Below, one piece after another: positions 8,099-16,975 of a stretch of 31,126 nucleotides of DNA (within the stretch, counting starts at the first letter, position 1; each line of letters begins with the position of its first letter). Position numbers and translations under genes: made by a program. The stretch comes from an uncultured virus (IMG/VR IMGVR_UViG_2799112289_000001). Taxonomy: Duplodnaviria; Heunggongvirae; Uroviricota; Caudoviricetes. Below the pieces are notes generated by a model that did no database searches, was not told where the DNA came from, and saw only the letters and a list, made by a program, of their open reading frames with translations. The stretch lies in IMG/VR virus record IMGVR_UViG_2799112289_000001; one strand, 5' to 3'.

Positions 8099-9496
8099 AT
8101 GGGACACGTACTCTCGATGGTTCGCGATGGGCTGGTGAGCCTTGCGTCTCGCATGGGGACCGACCGAGACAAGGCAGCCTCGGTCTTCTATGCCCAGCCA
8201 ATTTTGACCGACGAACAGATCATTGCCGCCTACCGTGGCTCTTGGCTGCCGCGCAAGATCGTCGACATTCCAGCGCTGGATAGTTGCCGCAAATGGCGCA
8301 ACTGGCAGGCCGAGAGTGATCAGATCGGGGCAATCGAGGCCGAGGAGCGCCGGCTGAACCTGCGCGGCAAAGTACTGGAAGCGTCTAAGAAGGGGCGGCT
8401 CTTCGGTGGCGCGGCTTTGTTCATCGGCGCCGGCGACGCCGATCCCTCGCGGCCGCTTGATGTCGAGCGCATCGGCAAAGGCGGATTGAAGCATCTGACG
8501 GTGCTGACGCGTCGTCAGCTTGCCGCGGGAGAGATCGACCGCGACCCGACCTCGGAATGGTATGGCAGGCCGAAATTTTACACGCTGACCGGCGCTAACG
8601 GAGTGCAGGTCGCGATCCACCCGTCGCGACTGGTGATCTTCAACGGCGCCATGGCGCCGGACGAGGATTTTGGCGGGACGTTGGGGCAGGCCAGTCACGG
8701 CTGGGGCGAGAGCGTGCTCACTGCAACCTTAGATGCCATCAAGAATGCCGACAGCACGGCGGCCAATATCGCCAGCCTCGTCTTCGAAGCGAAGATTGAC
8801 ATTATCAAAGTGCCGCAGTTCTCGGCGAATATAGGCAATCAGGCCTACGAGGATGCCGTGTTGCGCCGCTATACGCTGGCCAACACCATTAAGGGGGTAA
8901 ACGGCACGCTGATCCTTGATGCCGAGGAAGAATACGATAGCAAGAGTGCGCCGCTAGCAGGACTGACTGACATCCTCATGGCCTTCATGCAGGTCGTCTC
9001 CGGTGCCGCCGATATTCCAGTCACCCGCTTGCTCGGCCAATCCCCCGCGGGCCTCAACGCCACCGGCGACGGCGATATGAAGAACTATCATGATCGCATT
9101 CAGGCGATCCAGGAACTCGACTTCACGCCCGCCATGTCCCGCCTGGACGAATGCCTCATTCGTTCCGCAACCGGCGTCCGCGATCCAGATATCTACTACG
9201 CGTGGGCGCCCTTGGAACAGATGAGTGAGAAGGAGAAGGCCGACATGTTCAAGACCAAGGCCGACGCCGCGCGAGCCTTGTTCGGTTCAGCTTCCGGACA
9301 GGAGATCATCTCGCGGCAAGCGTTGTCGCAGGCACTGGTTAATACGTTTGTCGAGGACGGATCGTTGCCGGGGCTGGAGGCGGCAATCGAGGAATTCCGC
9401 GGGTTGGACCAGGTAGGTCAGCCAGCGACTGTTCCTGAAAACAACGGGGAACATAACCCGGCATCGGGCAAACCGCTGAGAAGCACCGCCGCCTAG
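8099..9496 (+). CDS. Portal protein (DUF1073/HI1409 type)
   Basis: KIVDIPA.D, RLFGGA, IHPSRL, GAADIPVTRLLGQSPAGLNATGDGD..NY.D motifs; follows terL. Confidence 0.9.
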   Translation: MGHVLSMVRDGLVSLASRMGTDRDKAASVFYAQPILTDEQIIAAYRGSWLPRKIVDIPALDSCRKWRNWQAESDQIGAIEAEERRLNLRGKVLEASKKGRLFGGAALFIGAGDADPSRPLDVERIGKGGLKHLTVLTRRQLAAGEIDRDPTSEWYGRPKFYTLTGANGVQVAIHPSRLVIFNGAMAPDEDFGGTLGQASHGWGESVLTATLDAIKNADSTAANIASLVFEAKIDIIKVPQFSANIGNQAYEDAVLRRYTLANTIKGVNGTLILDAEEEYDSKSAPLAGLTDILMAFMQVVSGAADIPVTRLLGQSPAGLNATGDGDMKNYHDRIQAIQELDFTPAMSRLDECLIRSATGVRDPDIYYAWAPLEQMSEKEKADMFKTKADAARALFGSASGQEIISRQALSQALVNTFVEDGSLPGLEAAIEEFRGLDQVGQPATVPENNGEHNPASGKPLRSTAA

Positions 9497-9553
9497 TAGT
9501 TCGCGGGCATACCACCATCAACCAAAGTCGATTTCGACCAAGGGGCATCCATC

Positions 9554-10669
9554 ATGAATTTTACAGACATTGTCACCGTCGCGGGAACGCGGCGGACCGG
9601 GGACGGCTATCTTGTGGCCGATGCCCGGATCGCTCGTACAGGTATTCAGAGCTATCTCGGCGCGGAGATCGGCAGGCCGGAGATGCGCACTGTACGGGTC
9701 TATCGACCGGGTGCGGAAGTCTTTTCCGAGGATACGCTGAAGAGTGCGGCTCACCGACCGGTGACAAACGAGCATCCGCCGGAAATGGTTACGTCGGAAA
9801 ACTGGAAAAAGTACTCCGTCGGCCAGACCGGCGATGAGATTGCCGGTGAGGGAATTTTCATTCGCGTGCCTCTTATGGTTAGCGACGAGGCGGCCATTCA
9901 GGACATCGAAAGTGGCAAGCAGGAACTATCCGCCGGCTATGTCTGCGATCTCGATTTCACCGCCGGTCTGACGCCTGCCGGCGAACTCTACGACGCTATC
10001 CAGAAGAACATTCGCATCAATCACATTGCCATCGTGCGCCGTGGCCGTGCGGGATCCCAAGTCCGCATCGGCGATGCAGCCGCACCGTGGGGCTGCGCTC
10101 CTCTCGCAGCCCCACGTCCTGTTTCCGATCACCAGCAGAAGAAGGAAGGGACGATGTCTACAAAGACGATCATCGTCGACGGCGTCGAGTTCGAGGTCAG
10201 CGACCAGGCTGCTGAGGTTATCGCCACGCTGCAGCAACGGCTCGTCGATGCCGACGTCATATACCAGAAGGCCATCGCCACTCGCGATGCCGAGCTGCAT
10301 GCCGCCAAGGCCGGGCTTATGTCCGATGCAGAGATCGAACGGCGGGCCGAAGCCCGCGCCGATCTCATCGGGCTTGCCAAAGCGATCATCGGTGATGTGA
10401 AGACATCAGGTCTTTCCGATGCGGCAATCCGCAAGGCGGTTGTCGTCGCCAAGGTCGGCGAAGGGGCGGTCGAGGGCCGGTCGGAGGTCTATATCGACGC
10501 TCGTTTCGACATGCTGGTCGAGACCATCCGTGAGACGCCGGATCGTTTTACCGCCGCCGTCAAGGACGGCATCGCCACATCGCAGACATCGATGTCCGCG
10601 GCGTTCACCGCCTATGCCGCCATGGTGCGTGACCTGCAGTCCGCCCATCTGCCGGCCAATCCCATCTAA
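9554..10669 (+). CDS. Prohead protease/scaffold protein (DUF2213 type)
   Basis: ARTGIQ.Y, PVTNEHP, ELSAGY, NHIAIV..GRAG motifs; helical C-terminal half. Confidence 0.88.
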   Translation: MNFTDIVTVAGTRRTGDGYLVADARIARTGIQSYLGAEIGRPEMRTVRVYRPGAEVFSEDTLKSAAHRPVTNEHPPEMVTSENWKKYSVGQTGDEIAGEGIFIRVPLMVSDEAAIQDIESGKQELSAGYVCDLDFTAGLTPAGELYDAIQKNIRINHIAIVRRGRAGSQVRIGDAAAPWGCAPLAAPRPVSDHQQKKEGTMSTKTIIVDGVEFEVSDQAAEVIATLQQRLVDADVIYQKAIATRDAELHAAKAGLMSDAEIERRAEARADLIGLAKAIIGDVKTSGLSDAAIRKAVVVAKVGEGAVEGRSEVYIDARFDMLVETIRETPDRFTAAVKDGIATSQTSMSAAFTAYAAMVRDLQSAHLPANPI

Positions 10670-10696
10670 TCAGGTCAACGAAAAGGAGACGCTTCA

Positions 10697-11167
10697 ATGG
10701 CGACTTATCAGACCACCTATGGAAACGCTCCTCAGAAGGGCCTGCACGGGCAGATCGCTTCAGAGGAAAAATCCAACAAGATCAGCCGCACGGTGGAAAA
10801 TGCCGCCGGCATCAAGTTCGGCCAACCGGCTCAGCGCGGCCTCGCCGATCACGGCGTTGCGCCCTATGCCGCTGGCGGCAAGTTTCTCGGCATTGCCGTG
10901 TTGACGCCGACCGTGCTGCCCGGTGCCACGCAGGTGGACGGCTATGCGCAGTTCATCACCGGGGCCTTTCTGACCTCGGGCCAGATGTATGTGCGGGCGG
11001 GCGGTACGGTCGCCGACGGTGACGCCGTCTACTACAACCCGACCACCAACGCCTATGTCAACGCGGCCGGCACCGGCATCGTCGGTCCCATTCCCGATTG
11101 TTTCTTCGACACGAGCGGCGGCAATGGCGACATCGTCGAAATCTCGCTCAAGCACAGGAGCGCCTAA
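10697..11167 (+). CDS. Capsid decoration/cement protein
   Basis: AAGGAG RBS; Gly/Ala-rich beta protein (IKFGQP, FLGIAV, GQMYV) between protease and capsid genes. Confidence 0.75.
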   Translation: MATYQTTYGNAPQKGLHGQIASEEKSNKISRTVENAAGIKFGQPAQRGLADHGVAPYAAGGKFLGIAVLTPTVLPGATQVDGYAQFITGAFLTSGQMYVRAGGTVADGDAVYYNPTTNAYVNAAGTGIVGPIPDCFFDTSGGNGDIVEISLKHRSA

Positions 11168-11170
11168 TCC

Positions 11171-12142
11171 ATGAACCAATTCGTTCGACAGCATTTCGCC
11201 GACGCCCAGGCGGCCTATTCCTTCGTCATCGCGCAGGGCCGCAATATCGAGACGCGCATCTATCAGCGCCGTTATCCCACGTTCAACTACGGCCTGCATG
11301 TGCCCGTGGTCACCGAGGGCAACGAATGGGCCGCTGGCACGACTTTCTTCACCGTCGACAGCGCAGGCGAGGCGAAATTCCTCTCGGGCGCCGGCACGGA
11401 TATGCCCTTCAATCAGTCGACCCGCGACAGCGCGAGCCATGATTTCGCGATGATCGGCTCTGGCTGGGAATGGAATCTGGAAGAGGTCAATCAGGCGGCG
11501 CTCTACAATCTCGATCTCAACGCCTCCAACGCCATTTTTGCCGCCGACAAAATCGAGCGCCTGTTGAATTCCGTCGCCATGATCGGTTCGACGGAGAAGG
11601 GATGGACCGGGTTCGTCAACGATCCCAACGTCTCGCGCGTCGATGTCGCCGCCGACGGCACGGGCAGCTCAACGCTTTGGTCGGCAAAGACGGCCGATCA
11701 GATCTTGCGCGATGTCAACGATTTGATCGGCGGTGTGCGCGAAAGCACGGGCGAAGTCGAATGGGTGGACAGCCTGCGCCTGCCGCCGGAGGCCTTCCGT
11801 ATGATCGCCACCAAGCGGCTTGCCGACGGCGACGGCTATATCACCGTGCTGGAATTCCTGCGCCAGGGCAATGTCTACACGGCGGAGACCGGCCAGCCGC
11901 TGGATATCCAGCCGCTGCGCGAGCTTGCTACGGCATCCCAGGACGGCGGCGGCCGGATGGTCGTCTATCGCCGCGACCCGGAAGTGCTGCGCTTCCATCT
12001 GCCGATGCCGCGACGCGTGCTGCAGCCGCGTCAGAAGTCGATCATGAGTTTCGAAACCGGCATCATCGCCCGCACCGGCGGCACGGAAGTGCGACTGCCG
12101 GCCGCCATGGCCTATGGCGACGAGATCACGGCTGCGGCGTGA
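11171..12142 (+). CDS. Major capsid protein (DUF2184 type, HK97 fold)
   Basis: 323 aa; IETRIY, G..GFVNDPNV, ILRDVN, RMVVYRRDP, RTGGTEVRLP.A..YGD motifs; position. Confidence 0.9.
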   Translation: MNQFVRQHFADAQAAYSFVIAQGRNIETRIYQRRYPTFNYGLHVPVVTEGNEWAAGTTFFTVDSAGEAKFLSGAGTDMPFNQSTRDSASHDFAMIGSGWEWNLEEVNQAALYNLDLNASNAIFAADKIERLLNSVAMIGSTEKGWTGFVNDPNVSRVDVAADGTGSSTLWSAKTADQILRDVNDLIGGVRESTGEVEWVDSLRLPPEAFRMIATKRLADGDGYITVLEFLRQGNVYTAETGQPLDIQPLRELATASQDGGGRMVVYRRDPEVLRFHLPMPRRVLQPRQKSIMSFETGIIARTGGTEVRLPAAMAYGDEITAAA

Positions 12143-12151
12143 TTTGATCTT

Positions 12152-12179
12152 TCCTCTCTCCGTTTCGACGGGGAGAGGG
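12152..12179 (+). promoter_or_regulatory. 12-bp UUCG-loop hairpin after major capsid gene
   Basis: TCCTCTCTCCGT-TTCG-ACGGGGAGAGGG (two G-U pairs); no U-tract. Confidence 0.6.
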
Positions 12180-12212
12180 CCTGCGTCCTCTTCATTCACC
12201 GCCGGAGTTCTC

Positions 12213-12710
12213 ATGCCTGCATCGTTTTACGGCACGCTCGATGCTGCCGATATTTATTTTGCCGATCGCGGCATTACAGTCTGGGCCGCGGCCGGCGAAG
12301 ATGAGCGCGCGGCGGCGTTGCTGCGCGGATCGCAGGTCGTCGACGGCTTGTACGAACGGCGGTTTCCCGGTCTTCGCGCTGGTGGCTACGACCAGGTGCT
12401 TTCTTGGCCGCGCAAGGCTGCCGTCACCGCCAACGGCGAGAGCATTCCCGAGGACGTCGTGCCGCTGCCGATTACTTACGCGGCCTATGAGGCGGCGGCT
12501 GTCGAGCTTGCCGAGTCCGGTAGCCTGAGCCCAGTTGTCATCGCGGCACAGGCCGTCAGGCGGGAAAAGGTCGGGCCACTGGAGACGGAATATGTGGTGG
12601 CAGGATCGCCAGCCGACATTATTGCTGCGGTAAGGCCGGTAATGACCATTCTCGACGGTCTGCTCTATCCCTTCTTGCGTCCGGTTTTGCCGGGCATTCT
12701 GGTGGTGTGA
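12213..12710 (+). CDS. Head-tail adaptor protein
   Basis: GGAG RBS; ADIYF..RG...W, Q.LSWPR, REKVGPLETEY motifs; position after capsid gene. Confidence 0.8.
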   Translation: MPASFYGTLDAADIYFADRGITVWAAAGEDERAAALLRGSQVVDGLYERRFPGLRAGGYDQVLSWPRKAAVTANGESIPEDVVPLPITYAAYEAAAVELAESGSLSPVVIAAQAVRREKVGPLETEYVVAGSPADIIAAVRPVMTILDGLLYPFLRPVLPGILVV

Positions 12711-13066
12711 TGACAGGCTTTGACTACGCCAAAAGCCGCGCCACGGCCGAGCGGTTGATCGCCAAGTTCGGCCAGCCGGCTCAGCTTAGGCGCATCACCA
12801 ATTCGGGTTCGGACTACGATCCGGTGCAGACGAACCAGGACTTTGCCTGCATGCTGGTCGATCTCGATTATACGCAGGTGCATATCGGCGATACCCTGAT
12901 CCAACGCGGCGACCGGATGATTTATCTGTCCACGGCGGGGCTTTCGATTGCGCCGATGCTTGCCGACAGATTGCTGATTGCCGGGATCGAGCATGCGATC
13001 GTCGATGTGCTGCCGCTGTCGCCGGGCGGGACTACGGTGTTCTGGCAATTGCAGGTGCGCCAGTGA
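12707..13066 (+). CDS. Head closure protein
   Basis: FDY....TA.RLI.KFG, GTLIQRGD-like and W.LQVR motifs; coupled to upstream gene. Confidence 0.75.
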   Translation: MMTGFDYAKSRATAERLIAKFGQPAQLRRITNSGSDYDPVQTNQDFACMLVDLDYTQVHIGDTLIQRGDRMIYLSTAGLSIAPMLADRLLIAGIEHAIVDVLPLSPGGTTVFWQLQVRQ

Positions 13067-13311
13067 GCGCTTTTGCCCGTTTTCGCGCTGCGCTTGCTCT
13101 TTGGTTGCTTCTCCGGTTCCTCCTGGCACTCGATCGGTTGATGTCACCATCCCAAATCGAGCGGCCGGCAAGTCGGAGTATGGCCCGGAAAAGCGGCGTC
13201 TCCGCAATCCGCGTGCGCTACGGCGCTTTGACCTTGCTAGATTTCGAACGGCCCGCTCCTTCATCGGGTTTGCGAGCGTGCCGTCAAAACCGAATCATTT
13301 CAGAGGGCTGA
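13063..13311 (+). CDS. Hypothetical ORF or gene remnant
   Basis: GTGA-coupled start, fills the gap to the next gene; hydrophobic N-terminus, no recognised family. Confidence 0.35.
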   Translation: MSAFARFRAALALWLLLRFLLALDRLMSPSQIERPASRSMARKSGVSAIRVRYGALTLLDFERPAPSSGLRACRQNRIISEG

Positions 13312-13315
13312 TGCA

Positions 13316-13735
13316 ATGGCCTCTTCCAATTTCTCCGCTGCCGTTTCCGCCTGGGTCGAAAAGACCAAGCGGCGGATGGAGGATGTTGTTCACACCTCGT
13401 CCCGGTTGTTGGCCGAGGCCGTTGTCGAAGGCACGCCCGACGATGGCGGGGCTCTGGCGCAATCCTTCCGGGTTTCGGGTTCGGCGATACCGGTCTTGCG
13501 GGCAGGGGCGTCGCCCGATCCTGCCTCTGCCGGCAGCTTTGGCTTCGATGCTGCGCCGGTCAATCTGGCGATCCTCGGCGTGCCGCTCGGCGGCATGATC
13601 TATATGGGCTTTACCGCACCCTATGCGGCCGCCGTCGAATTCGGCAACGAAGGCAAGGCGGGCGCCGGCATGGTGCGACTTGCCGCGCAGCGCTGGTCCG
13701 ACATCGTCGAGCAGGCCGTGCGCGAGACGGCTTAA
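13316..13735 (+). CDS. Tail completion protein (HK97 gp10-like)
   Basis: TP.D.G.L..S, YAAAVEFG and GMVRLAAQ.W motifs. Confidence 0.8.
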   Translation: MASSNFSAAVSAWVEKTKRRMEDVVHTSSRLLAEAVVEGTPDDGGALAQSFRVSGSAIPVLRAGASPDPASAGSFGFDAAPVNLAILGVPLGGMIYMGFTAPYAAAVEFGNEGKAGAGMVRLAAQRWSDIVEQAVRETA

Positions 13736-13771
13736 AGCAAAGCTTCTTCAACTCACAATCAGGCAGGATAT

Positions 13772-14203
13772 ATGGCGACGGCAACGGACGCACTCATTCT
13801 GGCTGCGCTGCTGGATCACCTGGCGGCGCTGACCTTCACACCGCCGCTACCGGTGGCGCAGCCCGGCATCGCTTTTCCTCCTTCGGGAGAAGATAAGCCG
13901 GATAATTATTTGGCCGTCGCTTTCCTGCCGAACCGCACCCGGCAGGTGACGCTGGGCGACGACCCGCAGCAAAAGCGCGGGCTTCTACAGGTGTCGGTCT
14001 ATTGGAAGGCCGGCGCCGGGTTGATCAAGCCGCTCGATACCGCCGGCCTGATCATCGAGCATTTCAACAACAAGACGCTGTTTGCCTCTGACGTGAAGAT
14101 CACGATCAGCGGCGAGCCGTGGGCCTCTGGCCCGATCCAAGAGGATGACCGCGTGCAGATACCGGTCACCATTCCCTACACCGCCTTTGAACCGGAGAGA
14201 TGA
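13772..14203 (+). CDS. Tail terminator protein
   Basis: GLLQVSVY...G.G and IPVTIPY motifs; precedes tail tube. Confidence 0.75.
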   Translation: MATATDALILAALLDHLAALTFTPPLPVAQPGIAFPPSGEDKPDNYLAVAFLPNRTRQVTLGDDPQQKRGLLQVSVYWKAGAGLIKPLDTAGLIIEHFNNKTLFASDVKITISGEPWASGPIQEDDRVQIPVTIPYTAFEPER

Positions 14204-14206
14204 TCC

Positions 14207-14692
14207 ATGGCGAACAAAAGTACCAAGAAGGGCTCCAAGGTCTACGTATGCGAGACCGCCCAGAATACCGATCTGACGGCCAGCACCTATGCCGCGCTGA
14301 CCTGGGTGCAGGTCGGCAAGGTCGGCAATATCGGCGATTTCGGCTCCGACTCCACCATCAACAATTACAATACGCTGGACGAGCCGGTGCAGCAGAAGCA
14401 GAAGGGCGTCTCCAATGCGGGCGACCCGGAGCTTGAGATCGCCTCTGTCGCCGACGATGACGGCCAGGTCATCCTGCGTACTTTCGGCGACCCGCTCAAC
14501 GTCAACAACATGGCGATCAAGATCGAGCGCAACGACGCGCCGCAGGGCATGACCAACACGATCTTCTATTCGCGTGGCGTCGTTTCCGGCCCGCTCTATC
14601 CCGGCGGCGGCTCCGACGATTTCGATCTGGAGAAGTTCAAGATCGGCCTCAACCAGCTGCCGATCCGCGTCGATCCCGTCGCAACGCCGTAA
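14207..14692 (+). CDS. Major tail tube protein (non-contractile tail)
   Basis: YAALTW..VG.V..IGDFG, KQKG..NAG, DDGQ.IL motifs; no sheath gene nearby. Confidence 0.85.
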   Translation: MANKSTKKGSKVYVCETAQNTDLTASTYAALTWVQVGKVGNIGDFGSDSTINNYNTLDEPVQQKQKGVSNAGDPELEIASVADDDGQVILRTFGDPLNVNNMAIKIERNDAPQGMTNTIFYSRGVVSGPLYPGGGSDDFDLEKFKIGLNQLPIRVDPVATP

Positions 14693-14711
14693 ACGCGCTC
14701 TTACGAGCCCA

Positions 14712-14734
14712 CGCGCGCTCAAGCCGGGCGCGCG
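14712..14734 (+). promoter_or_regulatory. GC-rich hairpin after tail tube gene
   Basis: CGCGCGCTC-AAGCC-GGGCGCGCG 9-bp stem (one G-U). Confidence 0.5.
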
Positions 14735-14770
14735 GCCACTTCCGTATTTTCCAACCGATAAGGTGTTTCC

Positions 14771-15172
14771 TTGGATATCTCCAGTCTCGTCAATTCCGAA
14801 GATCTCTTCGAGCTGCAGCTCCTGCATCCGGCAACCGAGGAGCCGCTCGGCATCTCCCTCATGATCCGCTCGGCCGAGAGCAACGAGGTGAAGAAGATCG
14901 TTCGCCAGCATAGCGATCGCTTCCTCGCCAGCCGCAAGAAGAAGCTGACCACCAGCAAGGTCGAGGCCGAATATCTCGACAAGGCCGCCGCCGCCATCGC
15001 TTCCTGGAATTGGGGCGAGCAGCAGTGGAAGGGCGAGCAGCCCGAGCTTTCCTTCGACAAGGCCCGCGAAGTCGTCGAGGAGGCCGGCTGGATCTACGAC
15101 CAGGTGGCCGGCGCCTCGGAGGACCGCGCAAATTTTATGAAGAGCTTGCCGAAGGGCTCTCCGAAGCCGTAA
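14771..15172 (+). CDS. Tail assembly chaperone (gpG-like)
   Basis: TTG start after AAGGTG; LLHP.T.EPLG, WIYDQV...RANF; between tube and tape measure genes. Confidence 0.8.
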   Translation: MDISSLVNSEDLFELQLLHPATEEPLGISLMIRSAESNEVKKIVRQHSDRFLASRKKKLTTSKVEAEYLDKAAAAIASWNWGEQQWKGEQPELSFDKAREVVEEAGWIYDQVAGASEDRANFMKSLPKGSPKP

Positions 15173-15501
15173 GGATCGTCGCACGCTACGATTGCGTGCG
15201 CGACAAGAACGGCGAAACCCGGCGCGAGCGCAACGAGGCTTTCGAACTCGACAGTCCGGAAGCCGAAGTGCCGGAGGCCGGATATGCGCTCTGGGACTGG
15301 TTCTGGGACCTCCGTTCTGCGCAGGCTCCCGGATTTTCCGGCCCGGCGCCGCTCTCCCACCAGGAAATGCTGGCCTGGCTGCGCCTGACCGGCAACCTCC
15401 TGCGCCGTGAGGAGATCGCTGTGTTGAAGGCGATGGATGGGCGCTATTGCCAGGCCGTGGAGGAGGAGACGGAGGCGATCAGGGCGCGGGAGGCGGGGTA
15501 G
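14771..15501 (+). CDS. Tail assembly chaperone frameshift product (gpGT-like)
   Basis: -1 frame stays open to 15501 with LWDWFWDL..., PLS..E..AW..LTG, E...L..MD motifs. Confidence 0.75.
15130..15160 (+). other. Programmed -1 frameshift signal
   Basis: Slippery heptamer A-AAT-TTT (15130-15136) in frame, followed after 4 nt by hairpin AGAGCTT-GCCGAA-GGGCTCT. Confidence 0.8.
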
Positions 15502-15520
15502 AGGGTCTGGTTATAGAACT

Positions 15521-16327
15521 TCAGTAGGTAAGTCTCACATTGTCTACGGCAGCGCCGGCGTCGGTACCTTGTATGCCGACGTAGCTGCAGGCCGCTTCAA
15601 TCCGCTGATATCGGCTTTGGACGATGGCGTTTGTGCTCAAATAGACATAAAACTCTACCGGTCTCAGAACGCCTTGATCGAACTGTTTCAGCTTCTCTTC
15701 CCGCATCGAAGGGCTGTCGTCGGTCTTTTCAAGGTAGCTTGCGAATGCACTGCGACCCATTGGAAATTGGGCTTTGGAATGGTCAACTTGAGTATAGGTA
15801 GCTGATGAACCCAGGCGAAATTTCAATGCAGCTTCGCAGGTTGCCACCATTGTTAGCACCGCTGCAGGTTTTGATGGTGTGGCCGCTTTCCACTCACTCG
15901 TGTTTTGAGGAAGAGGCTTCTTTTCTGGCTCAGCGTAGCCAAATTCTTGGTTGCACGCGTCAACCTCTTTGGTCGCCGCAGAGGTCATTTTGTCGAAAAA
16001 GTCGGTAGTTGCCCCTGCATTGAATAGCTTTACGTCTTTCCAGAGACGAAAGCAGAACGAGGCTCGAATATCAGGAAACTCCGCTCGGCAACTATCTGCT
16101 TCAGCAACCATGAGAGCTAATGAACCATATGTCTTTTCTCCTGCTTTCGCACGGACTTCTTCTCTCAATGCATCGGTGCATTTGAATTTTCGTTCGGCAA
16201 GCTTGGCAGCCTTCTCCTCCTGCCATGCCTGGTAGTATTGCCAGCCAACAACACCGCCGACAATCGCGGCGCTCGCGATTACCACTACGCATGCGGTTGC
16301 GATCAAAGCTTTTAGCCAAACGTCCAT
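15521..16327 (-). CDS. Membrane-anchored accessory (moron) protein; C-terminal domain paralogous to the neighbouring lipoprotein
   Basis: 268 aa, N-terminal TM helix, paired Cys, antisense to tail operon, lower GC. Confidence 0.8.
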   Translation of the reverse strand: MDVWLKALIATACVVVIASAAIVGGVVGWQYYQAWQEEKAAKLAERKFKCTDALREEVRAKAGEKTYGSLALMVAEADSCRAEFPDIRASFCFRLWKDVKLFNAGATTDFFDKMTSAATKEVDACNQEFGYAEPEKKPLPQNTSEWKAATPSKPAAVLTMVATCEAALKFRLGSSATYTQVDHSKAQFPMGRSAFASYLEKTDDSPSMREEKLKQFDQGVLRPVEFYVYLSTNAIVQSRYQRIEAACSYVGIQGTDAGAAVDNVRLTY

Positions 16328-16480
16328 AAGTGTCTCTCAGAAATTTTAAGGAGTACCAGTGGGGTGCCGTTACTTCAGCTGAACAGCCGTCTGAATGTGT
16401 CGCGAATCCATCCCGTATAGGGGAGTGCACGCGGAGAATGCAGTCAGAAGTAGCTGAAACCTCATAGTCGCCCGCTTTTC

Positions 16481-16936
16481 TTAGCGCTGCGTCTCTAACC
16501 ACTCCGCGTTCGTTTTGCCGTCAACCATTACGTAGAGACGGTCCGCTCTGGAGGTGTCTTCATTGTCAGTTGGATACTGACATCTGGAGGTGCCGCGAAT
16601 TGGTGTGCCATAGGCGTTAGGAGCATCGTAAGTTATGAGAACCTCAAACATCTGAGGTTTTACACGGCCTCGGTCAAAATCCTTCATCCTGGCTCCCTGG
16701 ATGAGTGGCCCATATTCGTCCCCGGCCAAATAACGTTTGTAGTCGTCGCGGCCGAGAGGCTCTTTGGATTCTTCGATTTCGACCCGCTTGTATCCTGCCG
16801 GCGCTATAAGTCTCAGTTTCAAAACCTCTTCGCACACGGTCACCAATTTCGATTCAGAAAAATTACAGCCGCCAATGGCTGGCAGCAGAAGAGCCAGACC
16901 GGCCAATCGCCACAATCTAATCACGAAATCCCCCAC
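16481..16936 (-). CDS. Putative lipoprotein (moron)
   Basis: Lipobox-like LLLPAIGG-C; DAPNAYG motif; antisense to tail operon. Confidence 0.8.
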   Translation of the reverse strand: MGDFVIRLWRLAGLALLLPAIGGCNFSESKLVTVCEEVLKLRLIAPAGYKRVEIEESKEPLGRDDYKRYLAGDEYGPLIQGARMKDFDRGRVKPQMFEVLITYDAPNAYGTPIRGTSRCQYPTDNEDTSRADRLYVMVDGKTNAEWLETQR

Positions 16937-16975
16937 TCAAAGCGCAGGGTTGTATTTCGCATGTTTTGAAAAGGT

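Noticed and set aside
8099..9496. Anti-CBASS Acb1 nuclease (a label sometimes attached to this family)
   Set aside because: Size, motifs and position after terL indicate a portal; I see no separate 2H-phosphoesterase domain.
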